A stretch of DNA of 64,000 nucleotides from a virus (Duplodnaviria > Caudoviricetes): IMG/VR virus record IMGVR_UViG_3300001525_000092, positions 1 through 64,000 of that record; one strand, written 5' to 3'. The position numbers and the translations under genes were made by a program. Positions within the stretch are counted from its first letter, which is position 1; each line of letters begins with the position of its first letter. The notes under the pieces were generated by a model. That model was not told the origin of the DNA, ran no database searches, and saw only the letters and a list, made by a program, of their open reading frames with translations. This document shows, in pieces, positions 28,579 through 39,085 of this stretch.

Positions 28579-30564
28579 ATGACACTGAAAGAAAGATACT
28601 TGAATGACAAAGGTTCTCTCTCATTAGAAGAGAAGAAGCAGCTTCTAGATGAAGCAAAAGATACATATTACAACACATCAACTGAGCTACTTAGTGATAG
28701 TGAGTATGATGCATTAGAGAAGTCTATAGGATATGAGAACAAGTCATACATTGGTTCTAAGCATAGTGAGAACTATACTATAGAGCATCCTATTATCATG
28801 GGTAGTCTGAGCAAAGTGCAGATTCATCAACAGAAAGATGGTACTATTGACTGGTCTACTTACTTGAATGAACTTCACTCTTATATATACAGACACTATC
28901 CTAACAGTAAGTGCATAGTAACACCAAAGTATGACGGTTGTTCCTTTGAGATAGTCCTAGACATCAAGAACAAGAAGATAGTCTCAATATCCGGCCGAGG
29001 TGATGGCACTTATGGAAAGGACATCAGAAATCAAGTAGGAATTCCATTCACTCAAGATGTGATAGATGACTTCTGCTACAACATCAAGAGCATGTACAAT
29101 GACTGGACAGAGTTTGCTATCTTGAGAGGTGAAGTTCTTGTAAGCAAGACAGTCTTCAAAGAGAAGTATGCTGATCAGTATGCTAATCCTCGCGCTTTCG
29201 TTGCAGGAATGCTAAATAGAGAAGATGAGTACATTCCTGAGTACTCTGACTTGTGTGAGATAATCTATGACTTGCGTATCAAAGATGACAACAGCACTTG
29301 GGAAGACTATGACTGGATTAGACTTGCTAACAACACTAAGTACAACTACTTCTTCCCTAAAGTATATAAGTATGGATATGATCTTTCTACTACTTATGAT
29401 CTTGTCAAGATATATAATGGGTTTGAAGAGTACAGAAGTAGTAGTGAGTATGCACAAGATGGCATTGTCATCAAGCCAGTTGATGCATTGAGAAAGAACA
29501 ATTTGACAGAACGCAGACCTGATGATTGCATTGCATTGAAGTACACTCCTATGACTGAGCCAACAACTGTGACAGACATAGAATGGAAGCTCGGAAAGAC
29601 AGGCGAATGGGTACCAACTATCATTACCGATACTGTCAAGATGGATGGAAAGAACATCAATAGAGCTTCTGCATTCAATTATGGATATCTTATACAGAAG
29701 AGAATAAGCATAGGTACTAAAGTTGTTCTGTCGCTTGCTGGTGACATCATTCCGTTCATATACAAGATAGAAGACAGTAGCAAGTTTGATGAGAGCAATC
29801 TAGGAAAGAACTATCCAAATACAGGAAAGGTAGTAGGAATTCACTTGATGGAAGACAAGCTTCCTCTAGACCATTCACTGCTACATAGTGCACTTGCTCT
29901 GAACATTCCAGGATTTGGTGAGTCAAACATAAAGAAGTTCATAGAATGGAAGAAGAAGGATTGTGAAGGTGATGAGTTCTTTGGAATAGAAGCTAAGCCA
30001 TTACCAGAGCACATCTTGCTTTGTAACCCGACAGAGATAGAGACAGCACTAGGTGGCATGACTGGAAAGAAAGTCTCTAATGCTTACCAGAAGATACTGA
30101 ACAACATGTCGTTGAAAGACATCATCACTTCTTGCAACTTCAAGCTATGTGGTGGCAAGGTAGCAGAACAGATTGTCAACAAGATGATAGGAGAAAGATA
30201 TGACTTCACATCGATGGCATCAGAAGCATACTCTTGGGTAGATGAGAAAGAATCAGAGCAATGGATGTTGCTGATGAAGATATTCAATTTCAATGGTTGG
30301 ACTATAGACAAGTGGAAACTTACTACTGAAGAAAAAGAATCTATATATAAAGAGAAGAAGAAAGTAGAAAGTCAAGTACCTGTGATACTTACTGGTGAGC
30401 CTAACAACTATGCAAGCAAGAATGAGTTCTTGAAGTGTCATCCTGAATATCGATTGACTGGTTCATGGAAAGAGGTAAAAATAGTGTTTACCAACTCATT
30501 AGAATCCAATACAGGAAAGATGAAGAAAGCTCGCGAGAAGAACATTGAAATTAAAGTATATTAA
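28579..30564 (+). CDS. ligA: NAD+-dependent DNA ligase
   Basis: YY...LSDSEYDAL, MGSLSK, PKYDG, RGDG, RGEV, NPR, DGIVIK, ALKY, GDIIP, C-terminal BRCT-like domain. Confidence 0.93.
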   Translation: MTLKERYLNDKGSLSLEEKKQLLDEAKDTYYNTSTELLSDSEYDALEKSIGYENKSYIGSKHSENYTIEHPIIMGSLSKVQIHQQKDGTIDWSTYLNELHSYIYRHYPNSKCIVTPKYDGCSFEIVLDIKNKKIVSISGRGDGTYGKDIRNQVGIPFTQDVIDDFCYNIKSMYNDWTEFAILRGEVLVSKTVFKEKYADQYANPRAFVAGMLNREDEYIPEYSDLCEIIYDLRIKDDNSTWEDYDWIRLANNTKYNYFFPKVYKYGYDLSTTYDLVKIYNGFEEYRSSSEYAQDGIVIKPVDALRKNNLTERRPDDCIALKYTPMTEPTTVTDIEWKLGKTGEWVPTIITDTVKMDGKNINRASAFNYGYLIQKRISIGTKVVLSLAGDIIPFIYKIEDSSKFDESNLGKNYPNTGKVVGIHLMEDKLPLDHSLLHSALALNIPGFGESNIKKFIEWKKKDCEGDEFFGIEAKPLPEHILLCNPTEIETALGGMTGKKVSNAYQKILNNMSLKDIITSCNFKLCGGKVAEQIVNKMIGERYDFTSMASEAYSWVDEKESEQWMLLMKIFNFNGWTIDKWKLTTEEKESIYKEKKKVESQVPVILTGEPNNYASKNEFLKCHPEYRLTGSWKEVKIVFTNSLESNTGKMKKAREKNIEIKVY

Positions 30565-30580
30565 TGACTATAATTAAACT

Positions 30581-30841
30581 ATGGAAATAAAGAAAGGAAA
30601 GACAGTATACAAGAACTTAAGCTTGTCACCAGACAGCTATGCATTCTATGACATGAACACATTACAGAAGATGTTTAGAGAACGTCATTTGACAGACAAT
30701 GGCATGGATGGAGAGCAAACAAAGACAGAGAGAATGCTGTTTGATGAGTTAAGAGAAAACTACTCTCAGTATTACTTTGTAGAATATATAGACGGATATC
30801 CATCTCAGTTAGTAGAAATCTCAACACTCAAAGTATCATGA
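30581..30841 (+). CDS. Hypothetical protein
   Basis: 86-aa ORF. Confidence 0.6.
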   Translation: MEIKKGKTVYKNLSLSPDSYAFYDMNTLQKMFRERHLTDNGMDGEQTKTERMLFDELRENYSQYYFVEYIDGYPSQLVEISTLKVS

Positions 30842-31122
30842 TAGAAGAGTATGGACAAGATGCAATCATATACAAGAGACTAGCAGATCCGGAATTGTAT
30901 GATGGTCAGCACATATCAGACATGTTAGTGTATGCATGCCAGTGCAGAGTCATGATAGAAAAAGAGCAATGGTCTACAGGAACTAAAAGAATCAATGATG
31001 TGGTATTGGGAGAGCTAAGCGACTGGCCTCCTAACAGAAAAGTCTACATTAGGTATGCTTATGATGAGAATGATGATCCTACTGCACTAGCTATACTAGA
31101 AATTAGAATAGAACATCCGTAG
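30838..31122 (+). CDS. Hypothetical protein
   Basis: ATGA-coupled 94-aa ORF. Confidence 0.6.
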   Translation: MIEEYGQDAIIYKRLADPELYDGQHISDMLVYACQCRVMIEKEQWSTGTKRINDVVLGELSDWPPNRKVYIRYAYDENDDPTALAILEIRIEHP

Positions 31123-31134
31123 AATAGAACATCC

Positions 31135-31530
31135 ATGATAAACTTGAATAATAGAAAGATAATCTATAGATGGAAGTGGTTTGATGAGAACATCTCCAAC
31201 ATGACATACTGTCACTTTCTTGTAGATGGCAAGACATTGTCAGATATGTTCTATTGGAGAGTAAACTTTGAGAGAAAACTAGGATATGATTATACGAATG
31301 TTGGATTCTATCATACTATAGATGATGTATATGACTTAGATGACATCAAGCATTATATACATGTATACGATAGCCAGAAAGTGTTTCATGTCTATGTATT
31401 GCAAGATGTACCAAAAGTCAATTACTGGAATGACAACAAAGAACTGAAGATTCGTTTGATTACTATAGATGAAAAGTTAATTGTCAACAAGAAAGAAAAG
31501 GAAGAAAAAAGAGAGAAATATTTGATTTAA
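31135..31530 (+). CDS. Hypothetical protein
   Basis: 131-aa ORF. Confidence 0.6.
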   Translation: MINLNNRKIIYRWKWFDENISNMTYCHFLVDGKTLSDMFYWRVNFERKLGYDYTNVGFYHTIDDVYDLDDIKHYIHVYDSQKVFHVYVLQDVPKVNYWNDNKELKIRLITIDEKLIVNKKEKEEKREKYLI

Positions 31531-31531
31531 A

Positions 31532-31560
31532 TTTGAAATTTTCTACTTGTGTTCTATATT
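31532..31560 (+). promoter_or_regulatory. Putative early promoter TTGAAA-N16-TATATT
   Basis: TTGAAA 31533-31538, TATATT 31555-31560. Confidence 0.75.
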
Positions 31561-31604
31561 ATTCATGTCAAACAAATAATGAACAATTTAAAATTATGAT
31601 AATT

Positions 31605-31892
31605 ATGAATACAATCAAGACATCTGCATCAGTAAACAACACAGTAAAGAACATCTCTGCTAACTTCAAGCCATTCAACTTAGATGAAGCAAAGAAGAAA
31701 GGTGTACAAGTAGTAACTAGAGATGGAAAGAAAGCAAAAGTCATCTGTGAGACAAGAGGTAAGCTTTTAGTGACAGTCTTTGGAAAAGTCTCTTATGAGA
31801 CAAGACAGTACAAGTACAACTTAGATGGTTCTCGCTTCTCTTCCAATCTCATTCATAATCTTGACTTGATGATCAAAGAAGAAGCGGCCTAA
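31605..31892 (+). CDS. Hypothetical phage protein (KPFNLDEAK...VVTRDGKKAKVIC type)
   Basis: In-frame ATG downstream of promoter; the ORF-track start lies within the promoter. Confidence 0.65.
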   Translation: MNTIKTSASVNNTVKNISANFKPFNLDEAKKKGVQVVTRDGKKAKVICETRGKLLVTVFGKVSYETRQYKYNLDGSRFSSNLIHNLDLMIKEEAA

Positions 31893-31941
31893 CATAAAAT
31901 ACTAACTAATAAAATACTAAGAAAAACATACATTTTTATAA

Positions 31942-31969
31942 AAATGCCTAATCAATTGATTAGGCATTT
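31942..31969. terminator. Terminator (perfect 28-bp palindrome)
   Basis: aaatgcctaatcaattgattaggcattt. Confidence 0.6.
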
Positions 31970-31984
31970 GTTGTATAGTGTTGT

Positions 31985-32080
31985 AAGATGACGCCAGGGG
32001 TCGCTGGGCGCCGCTGGCGGCCGCGAAATAACTCAGGATATAAATTATATTAGGGTAAGATTTTGAAGGCCGCCAGCGTC
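31985..32080. repeat. GC-rich hairpin element, copy 3
   Basis: Near-exact reverse complement of copy 4 (54974-55073). Confidence 0.9.
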
Positions 32081-32169
32081 AAATTTAAATGATTTTAACA
32101 TTTAAGAAAATGTTACTAAAAAAGTCCAATCTTAATAGACTGGACTTTCATTTTTGATATTTAGATTCT

Positions 32170-33444
32170 TTACTTATTTTCTAGTAGCGCAAGCTCTTTA
32201 GAAAGAGTAGATAAGATAGCTATCTTAGTAGGATCATTCTTGTATGCTTCTGCTAGTTGCTGTATCTTCTGTCTGCGCTCTTCTATCTTAGCATCCTTAG
32301 TAGCTTGAAGTTGCTCATTGATGTTAGCATAAGACTCAGGATCTTCTTTCTTCATGTCTTCATTGATGCGGGCTTCATAGCTTGCTCTTAAATTCACATT
32401 TGTCATTGCCTTCACTTGATCTAGTGCTTCATGCATGTACTCAAAGTCAGTACTAGCAGAACCGGATGCTGAGCGTACCCATGTCAAGTTCACATTGTCA
32501 TTGCCTTCAATGATGTTAGCAATAGAACCATCTGCACACTCAAGAACTTTAGCACAGTCAACTTCACAGATATTGTCAAAGCCTTCTTGTACTCTTGCTA
32601 CATTCATCACAATGTTCATGAAGTTAGTCTTAGTAGCACCAAACAATGTAGAAGAGAAGTTGTCAGCGTATTGCTTGAAGTCTATGGTGTTGTTGAATGA
32701 CTCTGATATATTTTCACCTTTCTCTAACTTGATCTCATTCTCTGATATTGTGAACTTATAAGATGGCTCATTCCAGTTTGCTTGCCACTCATACACTAAT
32801 GACTCATCTACTTTATGGAAGTTAGGAAGAAGTGAGTTGATAGTGTTGAAGTCTGCATCATCGCATGCTGCTTGGCTTACCTTTCCTTCTTTGATGCAGT
32901 AGCTATATCCATTGATAGCAAACCATGTCTCATTCTCTTTCACAATAGAATATGACAAAGGTGAAGTAAGTGAGTAGTTCTGAGTTCTCACTTCATCTAC
33001 ATGCATAGTACCATATACCTCTTTACAGATGTTACGGAACTCTGGGATGTACTGGATAGACTTGAGTGCACCTGCTTTGATATATTGCACTACTTCTGAC
33101 TCATTCATAGAAAGCAGCTTCTCTGCCGTCTTGCAACCTTCTTTAGCAATGTAGTCATATTGAGAGTTAGAGTTCTCTATGATCTCACAAGCAGTAGCAA
33201 TCTTCCAACTGATGTTGTTCTCTGTCACATATTTCAGTACACTCTCTAATATAGTAGCAATTCCATTGTCGTACTTGTATTGTGTTGATTCTCTTATGAA
33301 GCTATTGACTAGGCCATAGCTTGCTGGATTTGTATAAAGATAGCCACGATAGTTCTTCAAGAACTCTTTGCCTGACTCAGTAATGGCCTCTGTCATGTTA
33401 AGCTTGTCAGCAAAACTAAGACCTTTAATCAAATTTAGATTCAT
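32170..33444 (-). CDS. Hypothetical protein, possibly head/virion-associated
   Basis: 424 aa, many I/L/V-x-E sites, C-terminal coiled coil, TATTTTTAA motif upstream (33474-33482). Confidence 0.6.
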   Translation of the reverse strand: MNLNLIKGLSFADKLNMTEAITESGKEFLKNYRGYLYTNPASYGLVNSFIRESTQYKYDNGIATILESVLKYVTENNISWKIATACEIIENSNSQYDYIAKEGCKTAEKLLSMNESEVVQYIKAGALKSIQYIPEFRNICKEVYGTMHVDEVRTQNYSLTSPLSYSIVKENETWFAINGYSYCIKEGKVSQAACDDADFNTINSLLPNFHKVDESLVYEWQANWNEPSYKFTISENEIKLEKGENISESFNNTIDFKQYADNFSSTLFGATKTNFMNIVMNVARVQEGFDNICEVDCAKVLECADGSIANIIEGNDNVNLTWVRSASGSASTDFEYMHEALDQVKAMTNVNLRASYEARINEDMKKEDPESYANINEQLQATKDAKIEERRQKIQQLAEAYKNDPTKIAILSTLSKELALLENK

Positions 33445-33537
33445 TTAGTTTTTGGTATGATTTATTTAGATAGTTAAAAATAATGTCTTTATTATTCATA
33501 TAAATAAAACATACTAATTAAATGACATGAATATAAT

Positions 33538-34482
33538 ATGAAAGAAACGGTCATAATTGTGACAGTGTACAAGAATAGGTACAGTAAGTTGATAGATTGG
33601 CTAGCATCAGAGAAAAGCACCATTTCTGATACTTGCGACATAGTGCTTCTTGCTCAGAACAATGATGAATATAAAGAATATGAGAAGTATTGCAAGAAAG
33701 AAAACATGAGAGTAGTATGGTGTGATGCTACTAACATAGGAGAGAAAAGGAAGTACGGATATCATTGGGCTATAGACAATGGATATAAGAATCTGATATG
33801 GACAGATGATGACTTATATCCAACTGGCACTGCTATAGACTTCATCACTAAGAATCCTTCTGGTAAGTACAAAGGACATAGAATTCCTGTTGATGAAATA
33901 TATGATAGACTTATAAAAGTAGTAGAAGATCATCCTGATGCTGGGATGGTGACTTGCTTCAGAAGCGGATTCTTAGGCATGTCTACTACACGGATATACA
34001 AGAACAAAGCGTTGCATCCTAATGCATTGATCTTGATAAATCTAAATGTCATGAAACATAGTGATATAGAATACAATACATCTCCTGATTGGATGGAAGA
34101 TCAATGCTTCTATCTAGACATGCTAGTATCAGGATATCCTATATATTGTGAAGGAAGCATATGTCCTAACTATCCTATATATAGATGGAATCACAACAAT
34201 AAGTCATTAGTATATAGTGACAGTAATGGTGGCTTGTCTAAGAGGGACATGCAACAGATAAGACAGTATGTCAAGTATGGCGGAGACTTGTACATAGGAA
34301 GATCTGGCAATCTTACTACTAAGATAAACTATAGCAAGTATTATGGTGCTAAAGACCTTCCTATTCCTTATGGAAAGTCTTTTGATGAAGATCTGATGAG
34401 ACTATGCAAGTCAAGAGAAGATGAGACATTGTTGAAAGAAGTGATAGACTATCTAACTAACAAGAAAACAAAAAAAAGATGA
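33538..34482 (+). CDS. GT-A-fold glycosyltransferase (phage DNA-base glycosyltransferase-like)
   Basis: IIVTVYKNR, NIGEKRKY, LIWTDDDL (DxD), WMEDQCF. Confidence 0.65.
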   Translation: MKETVIIVTVYKNRYSKLIDWLASEKSTISDTCDIVLLAQNNDEYKEYEKYCKKENMRVVWCDATNIGEKRKYGYHWAIDNGYKNLIWTDDDLYPTGTAIDFITKNPSGKYKGHRIPVDEIYDRLIKVVEDHPDAGMVTCFRSGFLGMSTTRIYKNKALHPNALILINLNVMKHSDIEYNTSPDWMEDQCFYLDMLVSGYPIYCEGSICPNYPIYRWNHNNKSLVYSDSNGGLSKRDMQQIRQYVKYGGDLYIGRSGNLTTKINYSKYYGAKDLPIPYGKSFDEDLMRLCKSREDETLLKEVIDYLTNKKTKKR

Positions 34483-34507
34483 TTCCTTAAGGAATCATCT
34501 TTTTTTT
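34470..34507. terminator. Bidirectional terminator (perfect palindrome)
   Basis: A8-gatgattccttaaggaatcatc-T8 between convergent genes. Confidence 0.75.
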
Positions 34508-34523
34508 TGTGTGTTGTATCATA

Positions 34524-34805
34524 TCACATCTTAAGACCTAGCTTAGTAGCACAAGCTGTCACTATCAATCTGCTTGTCATCAAGCTTCCTAATGGTCCTT
34601 TCAAGTCAATTCCAAGTGTGTTAGCTACTGCTTTCATTATAATTGGTCCAACAGTGAATCCTGCTAAGCCACCGAACAATCCACCGAGAATGCCTTCTGT
34701 CAAAGGAGTGCCATTCTCTCTAGCACCTTCAAGATGCTTTATAAGATCTCCATATGCTTTGTCTTCATTGATAGGTTGCTCTAGACAATCATTTATAGAC
34801 TTCAT
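34524..34805 (-). CDS. Small protein with Gly-rich hydrophobic segment and capsid-targeting-like N-terminus
   Basis: MKSINDCLEQPINE...LTEGILGGLFGGLAG. Confidence 0.65.
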   Translation of the reverse strand: MKSINDCLEQPINEDKAYGDLIKHLEGARENGTPLTEGILGGLFGGLAGFTVGPIIMKAVANTLGIDLKGPLGSLMTSRLIVTACATKLGLKM

Positions 34806-34808
34806 TGT

Positions 34809-35282
34809 TTATATGCTCACTATATTGTTGTCTAAGAATGAAACTATAGCATGCACCCATTTCTTAGCATCTACTGGCTTGTTGTCTGATGTCTTGATGT
34901 CAAACTCATGACCTTCTTTCTTAGCTGTAGTACCTTTAGACTTTCTAGGTGTAGACTTAGGTCCATACTCTATAGAAAGTGTAGTAACATGGCTAGATTG
35001 ATTGAATGATAATGTCATGTTTAGAAGTCTCATATCATCCCAATTAGACATCACATACTGCTCAAAAGGTATCAAACCAAGCCCATTCACATCATCATAA
35101 GATGTCCTGTCATCTTTGAAGAAGTTCTTGTAATGATTGACAAGCATCTCTTCTGTCACTTTCTCATCATCTTTGAAAGGAACATTCTTAGGCATGCTCT
35201 TCAATGCATAAGTATACTGCTTCCATAAGTCATTAGATTCAAAGACTAATGACTCGTTCATATATTCTGTCAATGATTTCAT
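34809..35282 (-). CDS. Hypothetical protein with capsid-targeting-like N-terminus
   Basis: MKSLTEYMNESLVFES. Confidence 0.7.
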   Translation of the reverse strand: MKSLTEYMNESLVFESNDLWKQYTYALKSMPKNVPFKDDEKVTEEMLVNHYKNFFKDDRTSYDDVNGLGLIPFEQYVMSNWDDMRLLNMTLSFNQSSHVTTLSIEYGPKSTPRKSKGTTAKKEGHEFDIKTSDNKPVDAKKWVHAIVSFLDNNIVSI

Positions 35283-35366
35283 CCTGCTATTATGTCCTGT
35301 GTTTTCTTTTTGTCTTTGTTGTCTTCTGTTACCATTCCTTCACAATATGTTTGTGTTATGTTGCTG

Positions 35367-35891
35367 CTACATGGTACCTCCGTTATTTGCATTGTCTCCA
35401 TTGTTTTCATTATTGTTTTTGTTGTCATCACCATTGTCTGGCTTAGCTTCTGCCTTCATAGACTTTATCACATCTGCTATCTTTGGTCCTTTCGACTTAG
35501 ACCAACCGGTAGACACATAACCATAAGGCTTGATTCCATCTATCAAGAAAGCATAGTCATTGCTGAACTCTACTATTGCTACTTTGCATACATTGTCTAG
35601 TTGCTTAGAAAGTGTAGCAGTCTTAGCTTGGGTATTTCCTCCTAGTCCTTGAACTGATGTTGGAACAAGAAAGCCACCATCAAAGAAGCTATCCTTTGCT
35701 TCTTCTTGTCCGGACATCACTTTAATCCACCCTTTCACTGTAGTGTTGAAAACAGGCCAAGTCTTGAATGTGCCAGCATCTATCTTAGTAGACTTGTCCT
35801 TGTTGTCTTGATTATTCTGATTGTCTTGATTTTGGTCGCTCTGATTATTTTGATCTTCCGCTTCTAGAATCAACTCACTTAGACTTTTCAT
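35367..35891 (-). CDS. Hypothetical protein with capsid-targeting-like N-terminus
   Basis: MKSLSELILEAE; N/D/Q-rich termini; TATTTTTAA upstream (35916-35924). Confidence 0.7.
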   Translation of the reverse strand: MKSLSELILEAEDQNNQSDQNQDNQNNQDNKDKSTKIDAGTFKTWPVFNTTVKGWIKVMSGQEEAKDSFFDGGFLVPTSVQGLGGNTQAKTATLSKQLDNVCKVAIVEFSNDYAFLIDGIKPYGYVSTGWSKSKGPKIADVIKSMKAEAKPDNGDDNKNNNENNGDNANNGGTM

Positions 35892-35933
35892 TGTTCTTAA
35901 GTTCTTTCAATTTAGTTAAAAATAGAACAATTA

Positions 35934-37082
35934 TCATTGTTCTGTTTCATTCCTGCGCTTCTTAGAAAGCTCAGTTAAAAATAATTGAATGTCTTCTTTT
36001 GAGAAGAGCTCTACATAATTCAAGTTGTTCTTCTTAGCAGTTTCCCTTTTATTTACATCTGAGATTGTCCAAGTAGTTATAGCTGACTTATAAAATGGAT
36101 GTTCTTTACTTCTTTCTTTCCATTGTTCTAATATAGAAGAATCTTCTTTAGAAGTAGAAGAGTAAGGATGCTTGCCGTGTGTCCAAGAACCTTGCAATTC
36201 TATGAACATGTCTAGTTCCGGTATATAAAAGTCACAATGCGAAGGATAACGTTCTTCCTTATATTGTCTTATGACAGAAGGATATATATCACATATGTCT
36301 TTGTAAAGTTGTTCTTCTGGTTTAGATGTGCTGAAAGTATGATTATTTCTTTTAGTTCTTGAAATCTTCTCTAATGATTCTTTAGATGCTCCTCCATTAG
36401 TTACACCATATTTCTTAAGGCAAGTATCTACTAATTTATTCTTGAACTTATCACATTTCAATGGATTGTCTACACCATACCTTTCTATTAATGTATTCTT
36501 TATCTTCTCCTTGACTTCTTTTGCCTGATATGCGTTGTCTACACCATATTTTTGTTGCATTGATTTTTTGTATGCTTTCTTTGCTTGAGATGACTTAGCA
36601 GTATTGTCTACCCCATATCTTTCTAGTGTTGTTTGGATAATCCTTTTCTTTATGACATCTGACTTAGCAGGATTATCTACCCCATAATGATTCATCAAAG
36701 TATTCTTTATTTTTTCTTGTGCTTGCTTAGAGGCTCCTCCGTTTATGACTCCATATCTTTCCATGCAAGTAGAAGCTATCTTATTTTTAGTGATAGGAGA
36801 TTTCTGTGCACAAGAAATAGAACAATGATATTCAAATGGCTTGAATGATGCTCCTCTAAATTTCACATATTTACCACAAATAGGACACTTAGGATGTGCT
36901 TCTATATTACGACTAATTCTAAACAATGTCTCTTTAATAGAAAATGAATCATGATATCTATTTAAGAGATATTCTTCTATGTTAGGATATTTGTATATTT
37001 TTCTAATTCTATTAGAATTTATTCTTCTTTTCTTATCAAACAATATTCTTAATATCAATTGGTCATGGTTGTTCATATACAA
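35934..37082 (-). CDS. Free-standing homing endonuclease-like protein
   Basis: CPIC...HCSISC zinc-binding segment, six YGV repeats, SKPEE...YPSHCDFYIPELDMFIELQGSWTHG. Confidence 0.75.
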   Translation of the reverse strand: MYMNNHDQLILRILFDKKRRINSNRIRKIYKYPNIEEYLLNRYHDSFSIKETLFRISRNIEAHPKCPICGKYVKFRGASFKPFEYHCSISCAQKSPITKNKIASTCMERYGVINGGASKQAQEKIKNTLMNHYGVDNPAKSDVIKKRIIQTTLERYGVDNTAKSSQAKKAYKKSMQQKYGVDNAYQAKEVKEKIKNTLIERYGVDNPLKCDKFKNKLVDTCLKKYGVTNGGASKESLEKISRTKRNNHTFSTSKPEEQLYKDICDIYPSVIRQYKEERYPSHCDFYIPELDMFIELQGSWTHGKHPYSSTSKEDSSILEQWKERSKEHPFYKSAITTWTISDVNKRETAKKNNLNYVELFSKEDIQLFLTELSKKRRNETEQ

Positions 37083-37151
37083 AAAATGTTGCCTAATTCT
37101 TTTTTATATAAGAAAATAGGCAACATCTGTGAAGATATTCAAGTTTAAATT

Positions 37152-38819
37152 CTAGAAATGCTTTCCGCCTCGGAGTGCTTGATTCCGAAGTTGCTCTGCA
37201 ATCATCTTCTCCGCAAGTTGCAATTCTTCATCATTCTCTGCATTCTCATATAGACGGGCACATGTCAAGAATGATCTAATAGATATTTCTATTTGATTGC
37301 CATCTTCTACCATCTTGTTCAAGTAGTTCATAGCCTTAGCTTTGCTAGACATTCCAAGATGATTAGGCTCAAGTTTTGGCATCAAGTCTTTGATAATCTC
37401 AAGCACATCTTTCACATCAAAGTCAAGTGACTGGGTGAATGCACGGTTACGCAATGCAGTGTCAATCTGACCTACATTGTAGTTTGTAATCACAATAACT
37501 CCACATTTCACATAGCAACTCTTAGGAACTGGTGTGCCTTCATCATCTTTCAACTCACCTGATATCTTATATGACACAAGACGACCTTCATCATCTGCTG
37601 TAGAATCAAGAGCTGCTTTTAGAATGTTGATGCAGTCTTCAGGAGCCTTTGGACCAATCAATCCATCTGCATCATCAATCACTACCATGTCACCTTTAGA
37701 CTTGTTATTGTACAATGTCAAGTAAAGTTGACGAGGTGAGCACTTGCCTTTGATGATGTTGTCACCGGTCATAGTATAACCTGCGGCTTTAAGTTGCTGC
37801 AATACGCGATAAGTTTTTCCTAGGCCCGGAGCTCCCGCTAATATGACCGCAGGTTGTATTCCTTTAATTACCATCTTCACATACATCTGCATCTCCTTGA
37901 ATGCTGTCTTAGGATCACTCTTGTGTCTCTCAATCTCTTTCTTTGCATTGCTTCCTCCTTCTATAGAAGAACTTACCGAAACATTCTTCTTAGAACGACA
38001 CTCTAGATCTTCAAGTGTCTCTCCTCCACCTTTGATGCAATTCTGAATTCTACGATACTCGGCATATGCTTTGCCTTCTGCTTCTCTCTCACCATCTTTT
38101 CTAGCTTGCTTCACTCTCTCCCATGCATCTTTCTTCATGTCTTCAAGCTCTGTCTCTAGAACCGGATTCATCCATTGATAAGAACCATTGATGTTCTCAA
38201 ACTTATGTCCTAACTTCAAGTGGAACTTCTCAATCACTTTAGAATCAGACATTCCTTCATATACAGTGTACTTCTGCGCACCAATATAGTATGGATAAGA
38301 AAGACACTCATTCTTCTTGTCAAATACCTTGCGACCTATCTTCACAGCTTCATCGCCTGACATGTCAAACTTCTTGCTATTGATGACAGCACTTATCACA
38401 GGAATGTAGTACACTATAGATGCACCCATCATATCAATAGTAAGTGCTGCTTTAGTATTCACTGTCTCTTCATCTCCATTCCACATCAATGCATCCAATG
38501 ATTCTTTCTTATAGAATGCTACAGAGAATGGAACCATTGACTTTCCTGACTTGAGCCAGTTGATAGAGAATCCAGAAACTGTTGCATGTGACTTCTTATC
38601 AAGAACAGTGTACAAGCATGACTCACAGTCATTGCCATCTACTTTGAGTGAGTAGATTCCAACATACAATGGATCACCTACTGTTATCTGTTTCTTCAAC
38701 AAAGAAAGAATTGCACTCTTTGCTTTTCCGAAGTTCTCTTTCTTGAATGCTTCTGATATCATCTGAAATGACTCAGAAACTAATTGCTTCTTGTTTACAA
38801 AATCTAAGAAATTTCCCAT
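37152..38819 (-). CDS. AAA+-type ATPase with N-terminal extension
   Basis: Walker A GAPGLGKT, Walker B VVIDDAD, NILKAALD, VITN, ALRNR. Confidence 0.8.
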   Translation of the reverse strand: MGNFLDFVNKKQLVSESFQMISEAFKKENFGKAKSAILSLLKKQITVGDPLYVGIYSLKVDGNDCESCLYTVLDKKSHATVSGFSINWLKSGKSMVPFSVAFYKKESLDALMWNGDEETVNTKAALTIDMMGASIVYYIPVISAVINSKKFDMSGDEAVKIGRKVFDKKNECLSYPYYIGAQKYTVYEGMSDSKVIEKFHLKLGHKFENINGSYQWMNPVLETELEDMKKDAWERVKQARKDGEREAEGKAYAEYRRIQNCIKGGGETLEDLECRSKKNVSVSSSIEGGSNAKKEIERHKSDPKTAFKEMQMYVKMVIKGIQPAVILAGAPGLGKTYRVLQQLKAAGYTMTGDNIIKGKCSPRQLYLTLYNNKSKGDMVVIDDADGLIGPKAPEDCINILKAALDSTADDEGRLVSYKISGELKDDEGTPVPKSCYVKCGVIVITNYNVGQIDTALRNRAFTQSLDFDVKDVLEIIKDLMPKLEPNHLGMSSKAKAMNYLNKMVEDGNQIEISIRSFLTCARLYENAENDEELQLAEKMIAEQLRNQALRGGKHF

Positions 38820-38836
38820 ATTGTATATTATATTGA

Positions 38837-39040
38837 CTAGTCTTTCATGTAATTTGATTTCTTGTCCTTCACAACTTCATAGTTGTTGCCTTCGACTGCA
38901 TCTGACACTGCTTTCTTTGCTTGCTCTTCAGTGTCACAGACGGTAATGATAGTGCCATCATCTTTGTCCTTCACAACATAGACTTCTGCTTCCTCTTCTA
39001 ATAGCAAAGCTTCATCTATGCACTCTAATAAACTTTTCAT
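38837..39040 (-). CDS. Small protein with capsid-targeting-like N-terminus
   Basis: MKSLLECIDEALLLE; TATTTTTAA upstream (39072-39080). Confidence 0.65.
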   Translation of the reverse strand: MKSLLECIDEALLLEEEAEVYVVKDKDDGTIITVCDTEEQAKKAVSDAVEGNNYEVVKDKKSNYMKD

Positions 39041-39085
39041 ATAGCTATATAATGTTTAGATATCTTTGTGATTAAAAATAAGATG

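Noticed and set aside
31104-31134. 15-bp tandem duplication tagaatagaacatcc at a gene junction
   Set aside because: Likely slippage or recombination scar; nothing inserted between the copies
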